DNA from: an uncultured Candidatus Saccharibacteria bacterium
GTDB lineage: Bacteria > Patescibacteriota > Minisyncoccia > Phycocordibacterales > CAIZLB01
NCBI GenBank assembly: GCA_964450605.1
Contig: CAYVEK010000001.1
Coordinates: 143,933-207,932 of the forward strand
Direction: 5' to 3'
DNA length: 64,000 bases
Numbering within the stretch: position 1 is the first letter of the stretch; each line of letters begins with the position of its first letter. This document shows, piece after piece, positions 50,343-58,746 of the stretch. Made by a program: the position numbers and the translations under genes. The notes beneath the pieces were generated by a model, which saw only the letters and a program-made list of their open reading frames with translations, ran no database searches and was not told the origin of the DNA.

Positions 50343-50689
50343 ATATTTTTTATGATTATTGTTTATATATAGAGAACACAAAACACCATACGAGATGTAT
50401 GGTGTTTGCTTGTACACGCAATACATCGAGATGATAAATAACCAGTCTTGTTTTATGAGACTAGTAACTTATGACCTAGATTTATTGCAGGTTGTGTTTA
50501 TAAATCAATCTTCACTTTCATTGGATGTTGTCCTTATGAATGTGAAGACATTGATCGAAAATCTGTTCTTTTTGTTTCGGATATTGTCCATTCGACAAAA
50601 AGGGTGGCAAAGATTGATCTGAGGAATTGTGTAGTTGTAGAGTTCTCCTGTTGGTATTGTAGGTTGCCAGCATATTTAAAGTCAAGCAC

Positions 50690-50720
50690 ATAAATGCTCT
50701 CATGGTGTAAAAATATATGA
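50690..50720. promoter_or_regulatory. Perfect 10-bp inverted repeat (operator-like) in the divergent intergenic region
   Basis: aatgtgacac-gtcg-gtgtcacatt; followed by direct repeats tgtcactttt x2. Confidence 0.4.
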
Positions 50721-50817
50721 AATGTGACACGTCGGTGTCACATTATGTGTGTTTTTATGTCACTTTTGTCACTTTTTAACTCTGGATATAGGGTTATTAG
50801 GCTGTTATACTTACTCT

Positions 50818-51225
50818 ATGAAAACTATTACCATCTGCGGATCAATGAAATTAAAGGAAAAGATGTATGAAATAGAAGGACAGCTCAGAGACCTAGGCTT
50901 TGGAGTTTTACTACCAAATATAACTAAAACTAAAAATTATGAAAATATGACTGAAATAGAACAGTACGCATTTAAAAACAGAATGATTGTTGACCATTTC
51001 AACAAGATCAAAGAAGGTGATGCTGTCTTAATTCTCAATGATCGACTCAAAGACATAGACAATTATATCGGTGCAAATTCATTTCTTGAAATAGGTTTTG
51101 CATTCTCTTTTGGTAAGAAAATATTTATACTTAACAATCTGCCACAACAACCCAATACGGTTGAGATTGGTGGTATGATGCCCATATGTTTAAATGGTGA
51201 TTTAAATAAAATTAACATCAATTAG
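50818..51225 (+). CDS. Nucleoside 2-deoxyribosyltransferase-like (flavodoxin-like fold) protein
   Basis: MKTITICGSM...GDAVLILN...FLEIGFAFSFGKKIFIL pattern typical of the NDT-like / DUF4406 family; moderate. Confidence 0.4.
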   Translation: MKTITICGSMKLKEKMYEIEGQLRDLGFGVLLPNITKTKNYENMTEIEQYAFKNRMIVDHFNKIKEGDAVLILNDRLKDIDNYIGANSFLEIGFAFSFGKKIFILNNLPQQPNTVEIGGMMPICLNGDLNKININ

Positions 51226-51229
51226 TCAT

Positions 51230-51661
51230 ATGGAGATCAAGAAAACCGGAACATCGAGCGATGGCAAACAAATGCATTATTCTGTAGGTATAATAGTGGA
51301 ATGCAATGGAAAACATCTACTCTTAGATAGAATTAACCCTCCTTTTGGCTTTGCATGCCCAGCAGGTCACATTGATGAAGATGAGGATCCGAAAGAAGCA
51401 TGTCTTCGTGAGCTCAGGGAGGAAACTGGTATTGTCCTAAATGATATTGAATTTATTTGCGAAGAAGAAATCCCTTGGAACTATTGTAAATCAGCTGAGG
51501 TACATTATTGGTATTTGTATAAAGCAAAAGTGGAGTCTGAAAATGTTGTTTTGGAAAAAGATGGCGCCAGAAGTATCGGGTGGTATTCTCCTGAAGAAAT
51601 AAAAGCGCTTAATTTAGAAAAAGTGTGGGAATACTGGTTCAAAAAACTTAAATTATTTTAA
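51230..51661 (+). CDS. NUDIX hydrolase
   Basis: Nudix box G-HIDEDEDPKEACLRELREETGI (GX5EX7REUXEEXGU). Confidence 0.8.
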   Translation: MEIKKTGTSSDGKQMHYSVGIIVECNGKHLLLDRINPPFGFACPAGHIDEDEDPKEACLRELREETGIVLNDIEFICEEEIPWNYCKSAEVHYWYLYKAKVESENVVLEKDGARSIGWYSPEEIKALNLEKVWEYWFKKLKLF

Positions 51662-51669
51662 TTAGTGGC

Positions 51670-52137
51670 ATGAATAAATTAATAATACATAAAATTCAAT
51701 CGAATTCAGAAAAAGATTCTGATTATTCTGAATACTTGTCTAGTATAAAAAAGACGTTCAAGGAAATACCTTGGATTAACAAGATCGAAGGACTTTATTC
51801 TGAAATCTATTTTCTGTACTTAGATTCAAAATTTGTAGCCGGTGTAACTTTGTTTGAAAAGTGCCCTGAAGATATTAAGATTACAGAAAAAGCAGATAAC
51901 TTGTTTGGTAACTTTGTATTTGCATCTTGTTTGTACGTAAAACCAGAATACAGGAATAAAGGTTACGGATATAAACTACTTAAAAAGGCTATATTAGACA
52001 CTGTGTCTAGAGGTGCTAAATTTATAGGTATTGTTGATAATACTAATCAAAAACTTATTGATTCCTATAAGAAAAACTTTTTAGTAAAGATTGTTGCTAT
52101 AAATTCTAAGATATCTTTTATTGAATTTATAAAATAG
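51670..52137 (+). CDS. GNAT family N-acetyltransferase
   Basis: Motif A LYVKPEYRNKGYGYKLLKKAI. Confidence 0.65.
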   Translation: MNKLIIHKIQSNSEKDSDYSEYLSSIKKTFKEIPWINKIEGLYSEIYFLYLDSKFVAGVTLFEKCPEDIKITEKADNLFGNFVFASCLYVKPEYRNKGYGYKLLKKAILDTVSRGAKFIGIVDNTNQKLIDSYKKNFLVKIVAINSKISFIEFIK

Positions 52138-52271
52138 TAAGAGGACTACGCACGAGAAGGGTCGTTGTGCTATCATAAAAACATTAAAAATAACCTTACC
52201 CAGCAACGAACCAAAAGGTTCTATCTGCTGAAGGCTCACACATATCGTGAGCGGAGCGAACAATTAACAGC

Positions 52272-52353
52272 GTGACCCTAAGCGATGTGTCTGCACACAT
52301 CGCGTCAGGGAATCGAAAAGCTTTTCTATGTTTTGAGAATCCCTTGGATTCGA
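52272..52353 (+). repeat. Structured direct repeat, copy 1 (conserved scaffold A-V-B-C)
   Basis: gtgaccctaagcg / 16-nt variable palindromic segment atgtgtctgcacacat / cgcgtcagggaat / cgaaaagcttttctatgttttgagaatcccttggattcga. Blocks A and C are near-identical to 55967-56095. Confidence 0.7.
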
Positions 52354-52681
52354 CAAAACAAGAAAAGATGTACAGGTCCTGTAAGGATCGATTCCTGTGT
52401 AGGGTTACCAAATTAGATTTCTCAGTAATATTTTCTTGATGTAGCTTATAAAGTAAGTATGATTCATAGGTTCCAAACTTTTCCTCGTCAAAATTAGTTT
52501 TGATAGAAAAACTTGATTTTGTACCGTTTCTGTCCGATTTGTCCGGTTTTGACCCCGATTTTTGTGCAATTTGTGCATTTTCAACCTTTAAGATGAGGAT
52601 GCAGTGGTATAGTTCACTAACCTTAAAATTAGATATTTTGTCTACGTCGTCAGAGAGGGTCTTTTGTGATAATCTTATACC

Positions 52682-54610
52682 ATGAATATAAGCGAAGTCC
52701 ATATCAAAAACTATCGATCAGTAAAGGACGAAAAGATATACTTTAGCCCAAAGTGTCGAATTTTGGTTGGTATCAATGAGTCAGGAAAGACAAATATTTT
52801 GAATGCTCTGGCTTTAATTGACCAATCAAGAAAAACAACTATCGCAGATAAACGGGAGCCTCTTAGAGGCGAGGATGAAATTGATGAGTCTTTTGTGAGA
52901 TTCTTTTTCACTCTTGATGAGGAAGAAAAGAAGAAAGTCGTTGAAGATATGAAGTCATCAGTTCTTTCAAAATCGATTGAAGAGCCGGTGATTAATTTGC
53001 TTGGAAAAGACTATTCTTTTGAAAGTTTTTTACTTCATAAAAGATATTTCTATGAAGTGAACATTCTCAAAACATCAAAACAGCCAATGCATTTTCTTAT
53101 CAATTCCGATAAACCAAAGGTTTCTAATAAATGGAAGAAGATTAGCGAATCTTGCCCTGAAGATTTGATGGTTGATGTCGATGGGATGAAGGTTGCGGTA
53201 AAGAGCTATAAATTTGTTCATGCTAGTGATTACCCTGAAATCCCATCTGAACATTTGGCAGAGATCGGTCATGAAGAATTAAATAAGTTTGTAGGTGGGA
53301 AGGTTACAACGCATATGGGTACCAATCTACATAAGGTTATTTACTGGGATTATGAAGAATCGAAGATTCTACCATCAAGAGTTCCTCTTCAGGATTTTAC
53401 TAATGATCCGGAAATTTGTATTCCTCTTAAACGTATGTTTGAACTTAAGGGTATTGAAGATATAAAAGGTGCAATTGAGAACGCACAAAAGGCCGGGGGT
53501 AAATCTTTAGATAACCTACTCGGAAGAATAGCCGATCAGACTTCAAAGTATTTCCATGATACCTGGAAAGAATATGACAATATAAATTTTTCTCTGAAAA
53601 CTAACGGTGCCGATATAGAAACATCGATCCAGGATAAATCGAATAGTTTTGATTTTACACAAAGAAGTGACGGTTTCAAAAGATTTGCTACTTTCTTGCT
53701 CATTGTTTCCGCAAGAGCAGAGACGGATGCATTAAAAAACAACCTTATCTTGATCGATGAACCGGAGATAGGTCTTCACCCAAAAGGAGCAAGGTATTTA
53801 CGAGATGAACTTATCAAGATCTCTAAAGAGAATTATGTTGTATTCTCTACACATTCAATATTTATGATTGATAATAAACTCATAGATAGACACTTGTTGG
53901 TTAAGAAAGAAGATGAAGTTACCTCAACTAAAAATGCTGATCCTTCAAATCTTCTGGAGGAAGAGGTGTTGTATCAAGCGTTGGGGCATTCTATTTATTC
54001 TCACTTACATGAGAAAAATATTGTTTTTGAAGGTTGGCACGACAAACAATTGTTTAATTTAGCAATTGATTATTCAAGAGCGCCTGCGGGGTATGCTGGC
54101 CTTAAACAACTCTTTGAAGGTGTCGGTTTAACCTACGCACAAGGAGTTAGTGATATTAAGTACATAACTCCGCTTTTTGCTTCAGGTAATCGAAAATGCT
54201 TAATACTTACTGACAACGATGATCCTGCGAAGAATGCACAGAAGGATTTCAAAAATACTCACGGTTTTGGTAACTGGAAGCGATATCCTGAGGTCGAATC
54301 AACACTCACAGCTTTTACGGGTGAAGATTTTATAAAACACACCGCTTTTGTTCCAATACTTGAAAAAATAAAATCAGACAACGGATACGCTGTTGATGTA
54401 CCGGATCTCTCTACTGCAAGTGCGGGCGGTAAAGGTAAGGTGTATGTTATAAAGCAATGGTTTATTGCAAATGGGGTGACTGGAGATGACTTAAGGGCAG
54501 CGATGAAGAATTTTAAAGATACACTTTTTACAACAATTTTGCATTCCGACATTGAAGCAGACTATTTTACATACCTTCAACAGGTCGGTGGTTTGATTGC
54601 GGGTATGTAA
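52682..54610 (+). CDS. OLD-family (overcoming lysogenization defect) ATPase-TOPRIM nuclease
   Basis: N-terminal ABC-type ATPase GINESGKTNILNAL (Walker A), LILIDEPEIGLHP (Walker B / D-loop), STHS (H-loop); C-terminal TOPRIM with IVFEGWHD (catalytic Glu) and LILTDNDD (DxD). Confidence 0.75.
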   Translation: MNISEVHIKNYRSVKDEKIYFSPKCRILVGINESGKTNILNALALIDQSRKTTIADKREPLRGEDEIDESFVRFFFTLDEEEKKKVVEDMKSSVLSKSIEEPVINLLGKDYSFESFLLHKRYFYEVNILKTSKQPMHFLINSDKPKVSNKWKKISESCPEDLMVDVDGMKVAVKSYKFVHASDYPEIPSEHLAEIGHEELNKFVGGKVTTHMGTNLHKVIYWDYEESKILPSRVPLQDFTNDPEICIPLKRMFELKGIEDIKGAIENAQKAGGKSLDNLLGRIADQTSKYFHDTWKEYDNINFSLKTNGADIETSIQDKSNSFDFTQRSDGFKRFATFLLIVSARAETDALKNNLILIDEPEIGLHPKGARYLRDELIKISKENYVVFSTHSIFMIDNKLIDRHLLVKKEDEVTSTKNADPSNLLEEEVLYQALGHSIYSHLHEKNIVFEGWHDKQLFNLAIDYSRAPAGYAGLKQLFEGVGLTYAQGVSDIKYITPLFASGNRKCLILTDNDDPAKNAQKDFKNTHGFGNWKRYPEVESTLTAFTGEDFIKHTAFVPILEKIKSDNGYAVDVPDLSTASAGGKGKVYVIKQWFIANGVTGDDLRAAMKNFKDTLFTTILHSDIEADYFTYLQQVGGLIAGM

Positions 54611-54633
54611 CTGTTCATTATTTATATAAACCT

Positions 54634-54930
54634 ATGCAAGAAATCTTTATTCATGTCTGTGGTGTGGTTTTAGGAGCCATTGTTCTCAGATTGCTTGGTT
54701 TACATAAAAAAGTTGTTGTTCACACCAACCACGTTCAAGTTAGTATAATTTGGAAAGTATTAAAAAGTCTAGGAAAGTTTTGTTTTTTCTATGGCTTATT
54801 TGTTTTTCACATAAATTTGCTGGTGACAGGGGTTGAATCACCAAATGTCGGCATTGGTGTAACCATTTTGACCTTAGGTTTCTTTGCGTGGGTGATCGGC
54901 TCCATTACTTTTTTTATTAAAGGAAACTAA
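54634..54930 (+). CDS. Small integral membrane protein (3 predicted TM helices), co-operonic with the OLD nuclease
   Basis: Hydrophobic helices VCGVVLGAIVLRLLGL, FCFFYGLFVFHINLLVTGV, IGVTILTLGFFAWVIGSITFFI; 23-bp gap from the OLD gene. Confidence 0.5.
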   Translation: MQEIFIHVCGVVLGAIVLRLLGLHKKVVVHTNHVQVSIIWKVLKSLGKFCFFYGLFVFHINLLVTGVESPNVGIGVTILTLGFFAWVIGSITFFIKGN

Positions 54931-54932
54931 GG

Positions 54933-55781
54933 ATGAATCAGATTGAAGAATCTATTTTTTCAATTCAAATAGGCTTATTAAACAGGGCTCAGAATCTACT
55001 TGAAGATAGGATAAGTCAATTAGAGGTTTTTGAAAGATCGAAAGAGTTCACTTCAAATGACGCTTCTGAGAAAGCCGCGTGCGTTGGAGTTTTCAAGATT
55101 AGATCTGCCAAGTTTTTTAGAGATACTCTTTCATATTTAATATCTGAATCAGCAAGAACCGAGCCAAAGGTACATTTTTTTATGTTGCCAAATATAAGAG
55201 CACTAACGAATGTACATGCTAACTTTTTACATCTTCTAGAGTCCGGTAATGAAGATAAACAGGCGTTGATTTGTATTGCATACCAGCTACTTACAATGAA
55301 AGATCTACAAAACGACGTTGAATACGCAAAAGTATTGGATATGAATAAAAATTTCCTTGCAACCCAATCGGTTGTCTTTCCAGCCTCACCTGCAGACTTT
55401 AGTTACAAATGGATGCAAAAGCAGAAGCTGACCTTGGGTAGAATGGATCAATTACTTGAGTCTGATGTGGTTAAAAAATATTCTTCAAATGTTGTAGCTG
55501 TTTTTATGCCGAAAGAACAGTATCGCATATATTCTACTCTTTCAGAATTTTTACATGGAAATCCATATTATTATGATGACAATCCTCACAACGAGAGATT
55601 TTGGATTGTTGCGTTTTCAATATCCATTACTGCTTTCCTGATTGAAATTATTGATACTTATTTTTTAAATAAGATAAACCCTAGAGACTTCAGGGTGTGG
55701 CTACTTGATGTAAAAAGACAGCGGGGTGATTTTTCAAATCTTTGGAAGTCGAAAGCGCATACAGGTAAGATTTCGACTTAA
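54933..55781 (+). CDS. Hypothetical protein with C-terminal TM helix, third gene of the OLD operon
   Basis: 2-bp gap from the upstream gene; TM helix FWIVAFSISITAFLIEIIDTYFL near the C-terminus; no known motif. Confidence 0.45.
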   Translation: MNQIEESIFSIQIGLLNRAQNLLEDRISQLEVFERSKEFTSNDASEKAACVGVFKIRSAKFFRDTLSYLISESARTEPKVHFFMLPNIRALTNVHANFLHLLESGNEDKQALICIAYQLLTMKDLQNDVEYAKVLDMNKNFLATQSVVFPASPADFSYKWMQKQKLTLGRMDQLLESDVVKKYSSNVVAVFMPKEQYRIYSTLSEFLHGNPYYYDDNPHNERFWIVAFSISITAFLIEIIDTYFLNKINPRDFRVWLLDVKRQRGDFSNLWKSKAHTGKIST

Positions 55782-55928
55782 TAGTGAGTTCTGATATAAA
55801 GTGGTAGTTTATTTATTTTAGACAAAGCCTTTTGAGACTTCTACCTGTAAAGATAAAGCAAGCATTCTCCACTGGCTAAGCTTATAAACTAAAGAGTTCC
55901 AATTCTGTTCCACTTGGGTCACAGTCAC

Positions 55929-55963
55929 AAAAAAGAGCTCCGGCGTCAGCTGGAGCTTTTTTG
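55929..55963 (+). terminator. Rho-independent terminator (bidirectional-like)
   Basis: aaaaaa-gagctcc-ggcgtcagc-tggagctt-tttt. Confidence 0.6.
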
Positions 55964-55966
55964 TCT

Positions 55967-56095
55967 GTGACCCTAAGCGGGCAAACAGCTTTACTCGCGT
56001 CTGGGTGAACCTTCGAAGAAGGTGTAGGGCCAGAGCACGACAGTGCGAGGTATGCCGAAAAGCTTTTCTATGTTTTGAGAATCTTTTGGATTCGA
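55967..56095 (+). repeat. Structured direct repeat, copy 2 (same scaffold with a different 16-nt variable segment and a 46-nt insertion)
   Basis: gtgaccctaagcg / ggcaaacagctttact / cgcgtctgggtgaa / 46-nt insert / cgaaaagcttttctatgttttgagaatcttttggattcga. Confidence 0.7.
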
Positions 56096-56231
56096 GATAT
56101 TTTTTCCAAGCCAAATTCAAATATTAAAAATGAAGTCATGTGGCAGTATAATCCATGGGGGAGAGTCGACGGTATCAAAGGTCCTGTAGATTTGAATGTG
56201 TTAAAATAAAAACATCAGTATTAATATACCT

Positions 56232-57032
56232 ATGCAATCCCTCGAAACCATAATCCAAAAACTTGAACAAAAACCTGAAGTCGACGCTGTATTTTTAACT
56301 GGTTCTATAGGTAACAACACCTCTACTGCTGATAGTGATATAGACCTGATTATTATTCTTAAAGACAATACCCAAGGCATCGAATCAATCTTTACATGGA
56401 TCGATGGGGTATTTGCCGATATCTACTTTTTTGATCTGGAAAACATTAAAAGCATTATTGAAAGTAATACTCTCTCAAGTGAATCAGGCCATATGTCAGA
56501 TAAAATGAATCATCTACTCTATGTCTGGCTTAAAAAAGGAGAGATTCGATTTGATAAATCAGGCGAACTGACAAAGCTGAAATCAATGGAAAAAGAATTG
56601 GTTCCTGTGTCCGAGCAAAAGAAATGGAATTCATGGGTGAATACCAATTATAATTTCGAAGCAAATACCAGATATTTTAATGCAAAAGATTCAAAATACC
56701 ACGAAGCTTTGGAGATGAGGCTACTTTACTCCGTTATACAGGTTATATGCACATATTTTGATTTTATTGGAGAACAGTGGAGAGGTGAAAAGCTAGCGAT
56801 AACATATCTCAAAGAACACGACCTTGATTTCTATGAGATGTTTATTCGATATACAAAGGCTACAAATCTCGGAGAGAGGTTTACAGAATACAGTGTGATG
56901 GTTCATAGGGTGTTTGAACTAAATCCAAAATATCCGCTATGGAAAAAAGATGAGATTATACCGAAGTCGCAAAGGGGTGGGTTTGAAATTGATAATAACT
57001 TGTTAAACATTTGGAATGGGCTAATCTCTTAG
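56232..57032 (+). CDS. Nucleotidyltransferase-domain protein (ANT(6)/Lnu-like architecture: minimal NTase plus helical C-terminal domain)
   Basis: LTGSIGNNTSTADSDIDLIIIL = G-S-x(n)-D-x-D motif of the Pol-beta-type NTase fold at the N-terminus; ~180-aa C-terminal extension. Confidence 0.6.
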   Translation: MQSLETIIQKLEQKPEVDAVFLTGSIGNNTSTADSDIDLIIILKDNTQGIESIFTWIDGVFADIYFFDLENIKSIIESNTLSSESGHMSDKMNHLLYVWLKKGEIRFDKSGELTKLKSMEKELVPVSEQKKWNSWVNTNYNFEANTRYFNAKDSKYHEALEMRLLYSVIQVICTYFDFIGEQWRGEKLAITYLKEHDLDFYEMFIRYTKATNLGERFTEYSVMVHRVFELNPKYPLWKKDEIIPKSQRGGFEIDNNLLNIWNGLIS

Positions 57033-57035
57033 TAT

Positions 57036-57779
57036 ATGACCAAAGAAAAACTCATTCAAAACTGCCAAAAGCTACTCGAAGCATATAAAAACGGTGATCT
57101 CGGTCAAACCATCATGCCGGAAGATAGTAGTCCTAAATTTAAAAAGGGTGATGAGGAATTAAGGTACACTTACTTTAGTTTACCTATGGCATTAAACTAC
57201 CAACGAGATAGTTATACACTCTGGAAGTCTGCACTAAAAACATTTGAAGACAGAGAAACATCTTTTGTATTCGATGTTCGCAAAGTAGCAAAGTCTTCTG
57301 AGGGAGTTGTGAGAAAAGCGCTTACAAAACACAAACTTGCTTTACAACCAAATAAACATATACAAACATGGATTACGATCGCACGAACGATTTCAGAAAA
57401 TTGGGGAAGTTTTACAAAGACGTTTAAGGCAACAAATGGGGACTTTCTCTTACTTAAGGACATGGTCACTGTGAAATATAAGAAAGGGTTTCCATACCTG
57501 TCTGGACCAAAGATATTTAACTACTGGTCGTTCATTATGAGTACATACGGAAATGTAAAGCTATCAAATCGATCATATATAGATATTGCACCCGATACAC
57601 ATATTACCCAGTGTTCTGTAAAACTCGGAGTGATTACTCAAAGAGAATCAGATACTCTTACAAAAGAAGAAATATCTAAAAGGTGGCGAGACTTGTTAGA
57701 TGGTACTGACATAGATCCTATAGATATGCATCCGCCTTTATGGTTTTGGAGTAGGAATGGGTTTGTGTATAAATTGTAA
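57036..57779 (+). CDS. Hypothetical protein immediately downstream (4-bp gap) of the NTase; weak HhH-GPD/AGOG-like GPKI motif
   Basis: Tight coupling to the upstream gene; FPYLSGPKIFNYW faintly resembles glycosylase HhH segments; not confident. Confidence 0.3.
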   Translation: MTKEKLIQNCQKLLEAYKNGDLGQTIMPEDSSPKFKKGDEELRYTYFSLPMALNYQRDSYTLWKSALKTFEDRETSFVFDVRKVAKSSEGVVRKALTKHKLALQPNKHIQTWITIARTISENWGSFTKTFKATNGDFLLLKDMVTVKYKKGFPYLSGPKIFNYWSFIMSTYGNVKLSNRSYIDIAPDTHITQCSVKLGVITQRESDTLTKEEISKRWRDLLDGTDIDPIDMHPPLWFWSRNGFVYKL

Positions 57780-57832
57780 ATCAACACAATGTGTTTCTTT
57801 ATAAGCAGACATAGTTTGATATAATAGGTTAT

Positions 57833-58489
57833 ATGAAATTACTACTCACCTCAGCAGGAATAACCAATAAATCCTTAGCGAAAGCCTTATTGGAACTCAT
57901 AGATAAACCGTTCGAAGAAACGTCTCTCGCTTTTATTCCAACTGCCTCAAATGTAGAAAAAGGTGACAAAAGCTGGCTAATCGATAACTTAGTTCAATTA
58001 CAAAAGCTAAACTTCAAACAGATTGATATTGTTGATATTTCTGCTGTTCCTGAAAACATTTGGAGACCGAGATTGGAAGAGGCGAATGTTCTCTTTTTTG
58101 AGGGTGGTAATACATATCACCTCATGGAGTGGGTGAACAAATCAGGTCTTACAAATCTGTTACCTGAACTATTAAAAACTCGCGTGTATGTGGGTGTAAG
58201 TGCTGGAAGTATGGTTACAAATCCTGATTTAGCACTCAAACTGTCACAAGTAGTTTACGGAGAAGATTTGGATAAAACGGAAGACATGGAGGGTTTGAAG
58301 TATGTTAATTTTTATTTTCTACCACATCTCAACTCAGAATACTTTGTGAATCTAAGAAAAAAGAATATTGAAGAAGCTATTGTAGGGATGACTGCTAAAA
58401 TTTATGCCATGGATGATGTATCTGGTCTGAAGTTTGTTGATGGAAAAGTTGAGGTTGTTACCGAAGGTGAATATCTTGAATACAATTAG
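57833..58489 (+). CDS. Peptidase S51 family (dipeptidase E / cyanophycinase-like)
   Basis: FFEGGNTYHLM and VGVSAGSMV (Ser nucleophile) motifs. Confidence 0.7.
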   Translation: MKLLLTSAGITNKSLAKALLELIDKPFEETSLAFIPTASNVEKGDKSWLIDNLVQLQKLNFKQIDIVDISAVPENIWRPRLEEANVLFFEGGNTYHLMEWVNKSGLTNLLPELLKTRVYVGVSAGSMVTNPDLALKLSQVVYGEDLDKTEDMEGLKYVNFYFLPHLNSEYFVNLRKKNIEEAIVGMTAKIYAMDDVSGLKFVDGKVEVVTEGEYLEYN

Positions 58490-58746
58490 TGCAGATAATA
58501 TGCAAAGCTTTGTTATATTTTGATCTAACCCCTTTACAAAACCCAAATATATTTTATAATACACCCCTGTAATAAACACCGTTTTCAATCGTTACTATAA
58601 ACATGATTATCAACATTATCAGCCACAACTCAATATCAAATGGTTCGCCGTTATAAATACTTAATTATCACCCCTTAAGTATCTATAACGTCGTGTCATC
58701 GTAGACCGACGTTTTTTTTAGCTCTCTACAACCCAATTAAACTCCC

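Noticed and set aside
52196-52702. 168-aa minus-strand ORF, and the analogous 100-aa ORF at 55818-56120
   Set aside because: Both span the intergenic direct repeat. They share the peptide FSKHRKAF only because they read through the repeated block C. Low-complexity composition and no RBS context. Treated as artefacts of the repeat, not genes.
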